DNA of 63,095 bases, the filler included, from Choristocarpus tenellus KU-1152 (lineage: Eukaryota; Protista; Phaeophyceae): the NCBI GenBank assembly GCA_964200185.2. It is 9 parts of 9 records of this genome, joined end to end, with 100 filler letters (N's around TTAATTAATTAA, not from the genome) between each part and the next. Parts side by side here need not be neighbours in the genome. Positions count along the whole stretch, not along the records: positions 37,784 to 40,840 come from CAXNAD020022624.1; positions 40,941 to 51,226 come from CAXNAD020003016.1; positions 51,327 to 54,715 come from CAXNAD020020365.1; 6 more parts are not named here. One strand, given 5' to 3'. The first letter of the stretch is position 1. The number at the start of each line of letters is the position of its first letter. The position numbers and the translations under genes are program-made. A model generated the notes under the pieces. It worked only from the letters and a program-made list of their open reading frames with translations, was not told the DNA's origin and did no database searches. Shown piece by piece: positions 38,430 through 51,429 of the stretch.

Positions 38430-38759
38430 GGTCAGGATGCCTATGTGAGGTCTTCCCATGTCACCTCGGCATGTCCCTGCTGTACAGGAATGTATGAGGT
38501 CATGCTCGTCCCTATAGTTCAAATGAGGCTTTCCTCGTTGGCACAGGCATGTTCGCCTACAACAGAAGGGGAACCACAGTCACTTGCCATGAATGACCTT
38601 GGCAGACTGGATCCATCTAGTACAATGCATATTCTTCTTTGTGGATGGACCCTGGATCGACACCCACCAACTCTTGACCCTGAGAAGGGATTAGAATATC
38701 TAAGGGGGGCGGAGGATGGAGGAAATTCTGCAGCTAAGTCTGAACCATCTATGCCTTAA
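38430..38759 (+). pseudogene. Frameshifted Sel1-like repeat relic
   Basis: CHLGMSLLY in one frame, then GEPQSLAMNDLGRL...DPEKGLEYLRGAEDGGNSAA, resembling the Sel1/TPR consensus A.xxLG..Y...D..KA..Y...A...G...A. Confidence 0.4.
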
Positions 38760-39547
38760 TAATCATGCCTAGCACACTTTTGTTGGACCTATCTATAACA
38801 ATAGTAGTGCTACTTGCAACCAAGAAACCATAGTGCAAACAAGACTTCAAAACTAGTTCGTAGATACGTATTTGAAAATTTTGACATATTTCAGTATTAG
38901 ATGCCTTCTATGGCAGGGAGTGTAATGACTACTCTCCGTATACGTTAATGATAAATGAGACTCCGCACAAACACCCCACATACACCAATAGTACACCCTG
39001 GCAAAGAAAAATATGCACTTGGAAACTCTTTTAGATGGTAAATATGTGGGAACTTTCTTTTCCTGTGATATACGTACGCCTACTGTAAATGTATTGTGTT
39101 GGATGGTAGAGCTATTTTTTTTGTGGCAAGGTTTGTTGTTTCTGGTTCAACATGAACAACAGAATTCTCATGCATTTCGTCCAAACATGAAGTTGTATTT
39201 CCAGTTTACAAGAACATCATGACCAACGTGTAAAATCTTGGCCGTTGGGACAACAACACGAATGATAACTAGATAAGAATCAGGCACACCAGAAAAAATC
39301 ATTAAACTTCGACATACAAATGAATTTCATTCACAGACTTTGATGTTTTGAGTATCACACTCGTTTCATATACTATTGTGTTCAAGGGGTGTACACCTTC
39401 CTCTGTGTGGAGTAGTGATTGAAGATCAGTTGCGGGTCTCTACCTTGACCTGGTATACATACATATATCATTGGTGGGGAGGGGAGTGCCAGCATTCATT
39501 CTCCATCCAATTCTTTCATGTTATACAATGAGGAATGTTTTGACATG

Positions 39548-39746
39548 GAGCCAAAGTAAAGGAGAGGTACCCAGTTTTTCAATCTTTTGCGACTCATCCA
39601 TATTTCGCGCTTATTTCTTCATTGAAACTTGTCCGACAGAATTCAGAAAATAACCCGTAGACATTGGTAAAAAACATCCGAATTTTGCACATATTTGTCA
39701 GCATCCCTGAAAGGCAACTCTGGGTACCCCTCGTTAACTTTGACTC
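39548..39746. mobile_element. MITE subfamily C, internally deleted copy
   Basis: GAGCCAAAGTAAAGGAGAGGTACCC ... GGGTACCCCTCGTTAACTTTGACTC. Confidence 0.8.
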
Positions 39747-40782
39747 AGGGGTGGATTTGGATTGTCTCGTGATAAATTATATCGACAGCATTTCTTTCTA
39801 TCTCAGTGGTATAAGGAGAGCACAGTCTCACACTCCTCTCCTTCCTCTTGTGTGGGGAAGAGGCATCAAAGGTAGATAGGTATGGCATTGTTGCTGTAGA
39901 TGGGGGGCAATGAGATAGAGTTGGAAGGCACCGGTGTGAGCTCTAGGTAGGTGTGCAAGTCCCAAGCCCTTGCAACCCTCTATATGGTTGACCAGCTTGT
40001 AACTACCTCGAAGCAGTTAATGTTTTAGTTGCAAGGCATTAGTAGGCAATAGTGGTATTGTACTTAAACGAAGTTCCATGCAAATGGCCCTTCTTATTTT
40101 AACTGGCCGTGCCAATAATGATACACCCTTCCTTGATGAACACATCTTTTTTATAGCATTGCAATAAGCGTCCCCTACTTCTCCTGCTGTAACAAACTGT
40201 TGTATGTATATTGAAGCAAGTATTGCTATTTTCATCATGTTAATACTGTGGTCATGTTCTTCTGCCCCTCTCTTTTCATGTTTCCCTGGAGCCTATTTCT
40301 CGTCCAAGAATAGGGTATGTGGAATGCTAACCTTGATACTCACGTATAATTAGGAGCTTCAAGAGTACGATATTTAAGTAAGAAGATGTACATGACCTTA
40401 GAAGGATGTAGTGTCTGTGTATGTATGTATGTATGTATGTATATTATTGACACATCAAGAAAGGGAAGGCGGAGGGTGTGCCAGGTGGAGGAACAACAAG
40501 AAGGCACCACAGTGTTATGCATTGTATTTCTGGACAAAAGGGAGAAATTAACCAAAGTAAAGTAACACTGAGATCGAGTATGATAAAAGAGACGCGCGGG
40601 CTGACCGACAATGCTCTCATGAATAAGAATATTCCATGGGTCTTGCTTGCAGATATTTTCTTGAAAAGATGAATAATTAAAATATTCAATATATTACCAT
40701 TTCAGGTTAAACAGGAAGTTTTGAATTCAAATATTCTATAACCAATTTTTGGATGTACTCCTTTAGGGTTATGTTGGTGCTG

Positions 40783-40840
40783 GAGCCAAAGTATCTTAGA
40801 GGGTAGAGCCGCGTCCATTTGGGGGTCAAAATCCAATGTT
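40783..40840. mobile_element. MITE subfamily A end (reverse orientation) truncated by gap
   Basis: GAGCCAAAGTATCTTAGAGGGTAGAGCCGCGTCCATTTGGGGGTCAAAATCCAATGTT. Confidence 0.85.
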
Positions 40841-40999
40841 NNNNNNNNNNNNNNNNNNNNNNNNNNNNNNNNNNNNNNNNNNNNTTAATTAATTAANNNN
40901 NNNNNNNNNNNNNNNNNNNNNNNNNNNNNNNNNNNNNNNNGTTTGATCGAAACGGACGCCCCCTAACAAACCACCCCCCCCACCCAGATACTCTGACCC

Positions 41000-41370
41000 A
41001 ATAACCCTTTGAGTTCGGGCAGAACAAAGCATATTAATGTACGGCATCATTTCCGGAGGGACGTGGTAGCAAATGGACAAATAAGGAAGGGTGTCGATGT
41101 TACTTCAGATGAACAACATGCAGATATCTTGACCAAGCCTTCAGCAGAAAACCCTATTGGAGGCATGCGGGGGCTTTGCTAAATTTACACTATGTTTAGT
41201 GTTTTGTTTCTTGATGAATTTGAATGTGTTTGTTTGGATTTATTTCTTTTCAGTGATTTCAATAGCTGATTGGTTTTGTTTCATACAGGATTGACATGAG
41301 GAGTCTCCTAGGATCCATAATTATTTTTTTGTAAGCTCTCAAGAGTTGTTTGAGCTAGGGAGGGTGTTCG
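41000..41370 (+). mobile_element. Ty1/Copia retrotransposon 3' relic (RNase H end, PPT, start of 3' LTR)
   Basis: SGRTKHINVRHHFRRDVVANGQI and VTSDEQHADILTKP are Copia RNase H motifs (KHIDVRxHF, QxADILTK). The purine tract AGGGAGGG is followed by TGTT at 41365. Confidence 0.8.
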
Positions 41371-42047
41371 ATTAGACTCTTCCAATTCTATCGGACAGTT
41401 ACGGTAAAATATGTATGGAGGAACGGAACAATCAATTAGTGGCTGAGTTATCAGAAACTTTTACCAGTGATTAGTTTATGAGAAATTCCTCATAGAAAAA
41501 GGAAATATTTCCGTTGTTATGGAGTGCTGCATACCCCACTTAAATTTAATCAACCACTCTACAGACACAAAGCAATCTCGCTGGGTTTATCACCTTTATC
41601 CTCTTTGATGATTTGGAGATGGAGTTTTGCCAATGGGGTTGAGGTGTCGAACCTTGTGCAACAATTGTTGCTCTTTGCCTCCCACAACGCACTCATAAAG
41701 CTCAAGGTAGGCACAACTGAAGGTCAATATCACCCTTACTCAGAAAATCTAAAAGAGGTCACATTTTGTTTCTCAGTATGACAAATTTCCGCTCTGTATG
41801 AGTGGGGGAAGTTCGCACTGATTATTAGTGGCTGTGGTGCAACTCAGGCACATCAGAGACTTGGGAGTTGAATCTATCCTCTTTTTGATAAACAGTATGA
41901 GATCAGGGTGTTGAAATCTAGGATTGAATTAATCGTACTCTTACACAGTGGCAGGTTGGTTGTGTTGAAGGAGTATCATAGTGCAATGAAGCACCATTGA
42001 ATTCATGCTGATGAACCTAGTGATATGCTTTGCACAGTCAGAGGTTA

Positions 42048-42305
42048 GAGTGAAAGTATCTTATAGGGTACGAGTTTTGCCTAGTTTGTCCGTTTGGGGC
42101 TTGGCTTCGCATGGGTTTTTGATGACATTTTACCTACTCCGAAGCATTCAGAGTAGGTAAATTACATTTGTTATGAAAAGGTGTGTCAAGAACAAGGATA
42201 TTGACACTTCCTAACAAACACGAGAGACAAAATTACATCAAAATGGCAATATTGGATTTTGGTCCTCAAATGGATGCGGCTCTACCCCTTAAGATATTTT
42301 GACTC
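42048..42305. mobile_element. MITE subfamily A
   Basis: GAGTGAAAGTATCTTATAGGGTA ... TACCCCTTAAGATATTTTGACTC with flanks GTTA/ATTA. Confidence 0.9.
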
Positions 42306-43228
42306 ATTATCTGGTACAGCGATATGGGGCATTCCTTGGTAAACTCAAAGAAAGAGATTCATGCTCTGCATAGAGGCTTGTCAGCTTGTGAAGGAGGTTT
42401 TTTGGATGTTTTAACTTCAAAAATATACCCAAATTGTGTGTCAGGTACACTTATTCCAGAGTGAACTCGAGGTCTAAGTGGGGGCAAGTCTAACCAGAGA
42501 AAAATAATTATCAACATGTAAGATACAAAAATAAAGAAACTTGAATCATTATCTTGGACAACTTATATATCGCACATATTTGTATGCTTTGGTAGATGTC
42601 GACTGTTCCATACTTGCTATGCCCCATTGGGTTGTAACAATGATCGATGATGCTATGATGAGGTACCAATGATGTAAATGTTAGTAACACTAGCACCGAT
42701 GTGCAAATCAACGATCAACATAAACTGGTATTACTATATCGTATCAATGACACAATAGATGAATAGCCAATGTTTTAACAAGGGGATGAAGTTCAAAGGA
42801 CAGGCCAAATGCATCAATAAAGTATTGTAAGAGTAGATAATTCCAACAAATGAAAACCGCCAATGGGAGAACAGGTCTTGTCAACACTATGCAAGCCATC
42901 GACACATTACAATGGAACTTAGTCCAGTCTATCCCACAAATTTAGGACATATTCTGTTGAGGGGAGAGGGGGGACAACCTGTATCATTTCAGCTATGCAC
43001 TCACAATTTTCCTTTAAGAGGAACTCACAACTATTTTGTACAGCTCAACAATAGGCCACCAAAACGATCATAGTTTAGTGACTCAAGAGTTCCAATATTA
43101 CCCTGCAGCCTTCTAACCTGGGTCAAATCCTGCCAAGATCTTCATGGTCAACATTCTCCAGAGCAAGAAACATGTTTAGCACCAGTCACCCTCGCACTAC
43201 ATTGTAGTTCCTATTGCTACTGATTTTT

Positions 43229-46200
43229 CTACCACCTCTCCATGAATTTCTCGCAATTTTCGATGCTGTCGACTTCGAGAAGCTCTGACGCATACTTGGC
43301 CCTCTTCTTGGGATCTTCTGGCGCATTTCGCGCATTCCCTTGGCATACCCACATGTACTTGGTCACGTCCACTAGCAACGTATCTGGCATGATATCCAGC
43401 GGATCTGTTGGGATCCAATACACTAAACTGTGCATATGGTACCTAAAATGGGGTGTTGAAGGCAAGTTGATCAGGACATTTGGTCGGTGGGGTGTGAGAA
43501 TGGGACGAACCTTAACCAATAATGATCATAGTACAGCCATCCAACAAAATAATGTCCATTATATTATACTGTTCCTGCTACAAAAGTACTAGAGAGGCAC
43601 CTGGAGTAACATTTTAAGCACGCTGACAAATAAGTGTAAAATTCGACTTGTACAAATGACTACAGGAACTTTTCAGAATTATGTCGAAATTTTCAAACAA
43701 AGAAATGAGCGCTATCAAGTGAAATTTAGCACTTCATCCATGGAAATACGAGTGAATTTCAAAGACTGAAAACTTTATTAAAAAACAAAACGGCCAAAGG
43801 CTGGATACCTCTAGTTTACTTTGATTCAAATGAAGGGGTAGGAACCTGCGTAAGTCGAGAGGCTTAAGTATGTTCAACAAATTATTCGAAATACTAACGT
43901 GCTAAATCGTGTATTGGTAACACAATTCTCAATCTACCAGTCTTCTTGTCCTTTGTCAGGCACCAGATGGACCTAATTAACCTAATTCACGTAATTATGT
44001 GTACTTCACAGTGCCCAACCTCAACATTCGCAAGAACACATTGGAATGAAAAATAGTCAACTAAAACGAGTATGCCACTACTGATTGCTTCGTGCCTCAC
44101 TATACACACCATTAATTGTGAGATTTTTAAAACCAACTCTGCGCTCCCTGCGTTACCCCTTGGAATAACCTTGGAGCGAAAATCTGAAAACAATGAGGAA
44201 ATTTCAACCAGTGTCATTGCCACACGGTTTATTATTAACCATTTTTGGCATCTTGGTCGAAACTTCCAACCTTGTCACATGCCTTCCTGAAAAGTGAGTA
44301 CATCAAATATGCTATAAATGTTGTATCAAAACGTGAAACCTCTACAGGCCGGATGATGCATAGAGTACTTCACACACTAGTGAATGATAAACCACACTTA
44401 CATGCATGGTGGATATAGAGTTAGTCACTACACTAAAGCTAAACTTGGTCGAATAGCACCAAGTGGAAGGTTCCACCTGACCCATTTTACAAGAGCAACT
44501 GGAGAATAGCTATGCTATATTGAGAGTTGTAAGTCTTGTGGAAGAGNNNNNNNNNNTAACGTTTTTTCACACATACAAGGATTCTCCAACATCAATACGT
44601 GTATCTCCACCCCGACCCAAAGCACTTAAGAGGGTAGGAGTTTTGCCTGGTTTGTCCGTTCGGGGCTTGGCTTCCCACGGTATTTTTATACCCTTTTTCG
44701 ATTTTCTGTGTGAACGCAATTACCTAAAATTTATACAATTATGAAAGGTATATTTGGATCACAACGATATTGACACTGGCTAACAAACACGATAGCAAAA
44801 ATGAATCGAATCGCAACATTGGATTATGACCCTGAATGGACCTGGCCGTACCCTCATAAATGCTTTGACTCTCTTGTTCAGAACAGTATTAGTTCATGAA
44901 GACTAGAGATATATGTTAGAGATGAAGTAATTGAGAGTAGTGCGTTTGAGCAGTTGAATCTTTTAAATGCAACCTTGCCTACCCCTTAATTTCTTTTGCT
45001 CTGAAGAAAAACATCAAAACTACACTTCATACATTCCTCAATTCTTGAGTGTAAACAAGGGTATGTTAAATTATTGAGATGCCATTGACTGTTTTACCGC
45101 TGCACATAGGTACACGATTGTCCTCCCCTGGCTAAACAGGCAGTGGTATCTCAAGCTTCAGGCAAGGTCAGAGGTTGTGTCATTTTGACCCGACTGGATA
45201 GTTTTCTTGATCCCTTACATCAGGTGAAAAACATAGATATAGAGCAAAGAGGAGGTCCAGGCATGTAGACAAATGGATTTGCTGGTCACAATCTGAAATA
45301 GTTAACAAGAGTAGACTGACAGGTCACTGACATGTCCAGGTGCCGCATATGTGTGCACTATAATGAGATAACGATCGAAAATTTTCACTATGACATCAAG
45401 AACAGAACACCTAGAGTAACAGAAGTCTACTCAACAGAATATAAAGTACGCAAATAGAGGTATAGAATTGCTATGTGAGAAGACGTAGCCGAAACTATAC
45501 TCACTGATCCTCCAGGGTTTAACCTAGAAGGCAAATAGATTGACCCTGACCATTGAATTCTCTGAAAACCCAACACTGAAGGTCTCATCCCAATTCAATG
45601 TGCTCTGTATACGAGCCTACTTCCCCCCCCAAAGAAAGGTTTCGAGTATGAGCTGGAACACCAGTGGAAGATCAGATAAACAAAGGTGCCTCAAAGTCCA
45701 GGAGAGGAACGCCTCACACATAGTGTGTGATCGAAGTTTACACGCACAGTAACGAAATTGACCTTACAATAATACACTGGAATATATGACAAATAAAGCA
45801 CTCATCATTTCCCTTGATCATGTCAATGTGCAGTCACGATTAGGTGTGGTGGGTACAACAATTGTGCTTGATATCTCAGTTGACAGGTTGGTACGTAAGG
45901 AAACACATAGGAGTTGATTTAACCACTCTAGTTGTGTGCAAACCAAGGAATTTGAGCAGAAACCTGTTATGCATGGATATCATTGTAGGTCCAGTTTCTT
46001 AGGCTCCTCCTCTGAGAGTTGTGGGGGGGAGGCCTAGACACGAAGTAGCTACGATCATATTGTTAGCAAAGGCGAAAGATGCTGACATGGGAGAATGCGG
46101 GAGAAAACATGCTAAGTTGCAACTGCTACCGTTCTTGGGTCACTTCCAAGTCTTTACGCTGCACTATCAAGAGAAGGAAAGGCACCCTCTTCCTCACCAA

Positions 46201-49200
46201 AGACTGATGTGGTGGGCTCGCACACAAATTGAAAGAGTAAGACTCATCCTACATTTAAAACTCTTGTTGGTTCAGTAGAAATTCGTTGAAGATAAGGTAC
46301 CACTGCAACGATATTGTAACCTGCCATGGAGCTGACCTACTTTAGTCAATCATCCATGCAACATGTATGATTTGTCTTCACAATGCAGTTCTTTGAGTGT
46401 TGCACATGCTTGCTGTATCAATATTGAGATGGTCATCTGAAAAATACAGTTGAGATTGCTCCTCTTGCTTGCACTTACCAGAGATATGCTCCAAGGATGT
46501 TGAACTCTGAAAAGACAAGATTGCGCTCCTCTAATGTCCAGTCCTCCAACATCTCGACCGCTTTGCACTGACCTCTTCGAGTGCTCATATAGTCTACAAA
46601 AGGGATTCCTTTTTTGTTCTCGATGAAAGTACGTGTTGCTGGATACACCTCACGTGGGTATACATGGGTATTGAAGATTGAAAACTCGTGCACCACATCC
46701 TCGCCCAATGCCAGTACTGTACCATTCTTCCAGCACACCGACAACACCTTATTGGTCCAATCTGCAACACGAAAGAACAAGGCCAAGATGTGTGATCTTT
46801 TCGATTTGTACTCTGTGGAACAATTGCTGATAGTCATGTTAGGTTGCTCTACCATACCATAGAATAAGGGGGTCAGCGTGCCGTTGTGACATCGTGTTTT
46901 ATCACTAATGGTACAAGGTATCCTATCAAGTAACATTGCCAGGTTTTCCCACAGTCACAATATCGCCAATACCAAAACTTGCCCCACCAAAACACATACC
47001 TGGTACATATATATTCGTACTGCATTGCCAAGAAAGGCCATGACCAAACCCCACAGCTTATCTCCAGAACTACTATCTAAGTAGCATATACCGTTACAAC
47101 AATAAAGAAGAATGAAAAATATGTATCCTCGACTAAAGTATATTCTAGTAGGTCAAATTTTGTAGGTGAATGCTGAAATTTGACCGTAGTAGAGTTCAGT
47201 AGAGTTCAAGTCTGAATGCCTGCCTTACCACTCCCGACAATATGATGAAGACTGGTTTGGGTGTAGAGCGTTCCCTAGTGTGGAAGAGATACGTGAGTCT
47301 CACACATTTGGAAACCAATGCACTAAAATAATCAAGAGCTTCAAAATCCAATTGCCCGTTGGGAAGTGGTTTGGGTCTTCCTTAGCGGGACCGGCGTATG
47401 GCCACTGACGTCCAAATTAAAAAAATAATCATCAGTATTCGGACATACAGGTATAGTAGGTCATGGCCAATGCATATTTTCGGCTTTGGGGAGTCCTTAC
47501 TTTAGCTAATCACCAACAAAGATGTTTTTGTCATTTTGAGATTATAAGGGGTTCTTCAACTTTATTTGAAGGAGAGTAAGAATTTAAAAAACTGACTTCG
47601 AGTAGAACTTCTGCAAACTGAATGCACTCACAAAATGGCCAAAATGTTCGCTGGACTGTTGTTGAATTTGTGCTTAAAAACATGTGCCACCAGCAAGTCA
47701 GAGGGCCCCTTAAAACTCAATGATATCTCCTCTCCGTACTTCGACTCTAATGTTCAAACATATTCCACATCCCTGAGTCAAGGCTGAGAAGATATTGGAC
47801 AATTTAAATTCTTGTTCCATACAACAATTCTTCTGGTGATACCTGCTCAAATGAAGCATGTAAGGGCCCTACTTCAATCAAGATAAACAGCTCTACTGGC
47901 TACTGCCTCTTGCTCGGGTATGTGAAGATGATTCGGAGAAGGAGAGACCATAATAGGCAGCCCATTCTGTAGCATAATTTTACTGAGATAAACGTCCTGT
48001 TTCAAAGATGATCAAAACCTCAAACATGATCTCACCTTCATCATCACGGTAACGCCTGAAAGGCAGAACAGGTTTGCCAAACTTGAAGATGTGGTCATAG
48101 GTCACATCCTCTATGATGACCACATCAGAATCCATGTGTAGGATGAAGTCTCCTTCACAGTACAGGTCAGCAACCATCTTCGAATACTGCTGCTGTATGT
48201 GACCATCCATCAGGGTCTCCTCCGTAACTATCCGTATGGGGAAAGGTGCATTCACGATGTGCGGCTTCAAGATGCCCTTGAACAAGACCTTGTCCCTCTC
48301 TTCAATTACAACCACAACCTCACGGGCAGAAGGGAAACGATTGATGACCGATAGCAGAGAGACCTCAAAGAGGAAGGCGTCGCCATAAAATGTTCGATAC
48401 ATAACGCTGATATCAAAGTCCTCTACCCGAGGCATGGGCAACCCAGTAACTGAGCCAAACTCCACGCCAGGTCTCGGCCCTAAACCTGCCTTCGGAAAAT
48501 TAAGATACCCTAACTCACAGTTCCGTGAATTAGATTGGAACGCCTGAAGAAGACTTCTAAGGTGCAAGCTCAAATCATACCCCTCATACGCAGGGCTCAT
48601 GTCCACCTTGCAGCTGAAGGAAGGCTTGATAAGAGGAATGTCCCACACTGAGGCAGTTTGGAAAAGATTATTATTCGTCCAATGGACAGGGTTGAAGAAT
48701 TTAATTCCAGGATGACCCCTTGCAAAGGCTAGGGATGCCAATGTCTGTTGTGTGTTGGTGGATGGGGTTCACACAAAGAGAAAGAAAAAAGGGATTATCA
48801 TCATATATTATAAGGAGGGTATTTTTCTTAAAGAACAGCTCTATCGCGTGATGCCATACTTCACAACAATATGAAATATGAAAACAAATGATGAGGTACA
48901 GGAAAAGCTGTCGTGTTCTCACTCCGGGGAGCATATTGTATATATTCCAGCCTGCAGGTACATCATTTGGGTAGGATTTTGCTTATCCTTCACTCTTCTT
49001 TTTTCTCACATATATTTCAACTTTTGACCTATATTCAACACAAAAATATATACCAATTCGTTGACTGCCCAAACACCTGATGGCTGAATAATAAACTCTC
49101 TTAATTTGAGATGGTTTGATAGCACTTTGCAGCTACCACTGTAATATATTCAGTCTTAGAGTCAATTGTGTGTTGACCTTCTCATTCCTCAATGCGCTTG

Positions 49201-49684
49201 AAAGAAAAATCGACTAGACATCACACTCACCTCAGGAATTGAGATGTCCACTAGGTCGTCGTCACCTTTAAGCTGGTTGAGATGGTTTGCGATAGCTACC
49301 TCCTCATTGAAACGGGTGGGATATTTCTTCTCCAGTGCAGGATGAAGCTTTATGAATCTTCTCAGCTCTGCATTGATATCTTTAGGAAGGATGAGATCCA
49401 CACCAGATATAAATGATGGACTCTCAAAGCCGAGCAAGATTGAGGTTAGGAACGAACGCCTTTGATCCGTCAGAGAAACCTTATCTACCTCATTCCATTG
49501 CACCAATAAATCTCCCATAGGTGAATAAACATCCTTGGTGCGAGGGTTGCGCATGAGAACGCTTCCGGGCTCAATGTAGTAGATGAGACTTGTTGTCTTA
49601 TCGCAAAATTTGTCTGCCCAAAGTTCTCCATAGTTGACTGCGGATACGTTATGGATTTTCAAGTCAGGGAATGCACCTAGGGCT
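43229..49684 (-). CDS. Tandem-domain nucleotide-diphospho-sugar (GT-A, DxD) glycosyltransferase-like protein; 5' exons not found
   Basis: Phase-consistent exons 49684-49231, 48744-48036, 46761-46479 and 43442-43229 (~552 aa). Second domain: MYRTFYGD..SVINRFPSAREVVVV..GHIQQQYSKMVADLYCEGDFILHMDSDVV..KPVLPFRRY..CWKNGT..FSEFNILGAYLW. First domain is degenerate: LWADKFC..IYYIEPGSVL. Confidence 0.78.
44614..44871. mobile_element. MITE subfamily A, diverged variant
   Basis: GACCCAAAGCACTTAAGAGGGTA ... TACCCTCATAAATGCTTTGACTC. The interior aligns with the other A copies. Confidence 0.82.
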
Positions 49685-50074
49685 CTGTCCAGATTTGGAG
49701 TCACAAACGGCAAGAAGGGAGAGTGCAGGTCAGATCATTATGGATATTCGTACTGGACGTGGGATAGGATACATAATCCGTTGTTGTGTCTTGTTCATTG
49801 AAACGTTCTTTATCACGGAAGGTATCGAGAGTTCAAAGGAGGAAGAATCCAATCTTGTCGAGCTGCAGCCAAAAAAAGTAAAATGAAGATATTTCAAGTT
49901 TGTTTCAAATAGCTCTATATATTTTGCGACTTGAAACTCTCCTCACTCCTTCATTCTCTAAACATTTTCGTTATCAGTAACAGTCTGTGCTGGATCTTCT
50001 CAGTATCGGGGCAGAAAAAGAGTAGGGATTACATAAATACTCAACATTATTTTGTCAGTACATTATTGGTCCAT

Positions 50075-50329
50075 GAGTGAAAGTATCTTAGAGGGTATGA
50101 TTTTGCCCTGTTTGTCCATTTGGGGATTGGCTTCCCACGGTTTTTTTATAACATTTTCCCACTCCGAAATGTTTAGGATAAGGTAAAATGTATAGGTTAT
50201 GAAAAGGTGTCTAAAACAAGGGTATTGACACTTCCTAACAAGCACGATACCCAGAATCACATCAATATCGCAAAATTGGATTTTGGCACACAAATGGACG
50301 CGGCTCTACCTTCTACGATACTATGACTC
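50075..50329. mobile_element. MITE subfamily A
   Basis: GAGTGAAAGTATCTTAGAGGGTA ... TACCTTCTACGATACTATGACTC with flanks CCAT/CTAT. Confidence 0.9.
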
Positions 50330-51429
50330 CTATTGCGACAGTAACCATTCCAAACACGTATTTCTCCTACAGGAGAAGATATTTCCAACGTATGGGAGAA
50401 ACAACCTAGATTTCTGCTTTGGAGTACATTTTGGATGAACATTTCCAGTTGTTGTAATGTTGAGAGGGAGAACCCATTCCACGATTTCCGATTAGAATGT
50501 CACCGACTCTAACCTGACCATCACCTAATAAGTCTATATTTATACTTTGCATTTACAACTCATTATCTTAACATGATGGAAGGAAGATTGTTGATATATT
50601 TTTTACAGTTGGCAGTCAGCGTTGGGTGCAATTGTCCTGAGGAAAATCATAGATAAGTCAACGTAAAAAAACCTGCTTGAACGGAAGGAAGTTGAAGTAT
50701 GATTTCAATATCATTATCACATATTAGGGAGAAGGGGACCTGGTATACAGTGAGTGTATGGTACAATAGCATGCCTACGTTGGTGAGTGGTAGTATATCA
50801 ACTTTTGTAAAAAAAATGCGGAAGTTTAAACCTGACCGATATCAGATTAAAAACTCATGAATAATTGACCCGAGAACAAAGAAAGTTACGAATGGGGCAG
50901 AAACTCTGAATGCATCGTCAGTTAATAGTTATGTTTGGAAGTCGCATCAGTGTAGTGTCAATCACCAGGGATGATGGCTTGGTAGGGTTTAGCATAAATC
51001 CTTGAGTTGGTGAACTGAAGTGAAAAACTAGACATTTTGTGTTACCATACTACACCAAGCTGTCAGTAATCTGTTCTGTGTAGATTTCCATAGTTAGAAT
51101 ATCAGTGTATGTAGAAACATGTTTACAACTTGTGATCTTGCTCACTTCACTAAAATAGGATTCAGCTGAGGACCCAAAGTATCTGCGAGGGGGGGGGGGG
51201 GGACAGGGGGGTCCATTTGGATCAAANNNNNNNNNNNNNNNNNNNNNNNNNNNNNNNNNNNNNNNNNNNNTTAATTAATTAANNNNNNNNNNNNNNNNNN
51301 NNNNNNNNNNNNNNNNNNNNNNNNNNGTGCTTAAATAATAAAAAAAAAAAGACCCGACCTTTTTTTTATAATATATATATATATTTTTTTAATAACCAAA
51401 TGAATGAAAGAATGAATGTCTTTGTCCAG

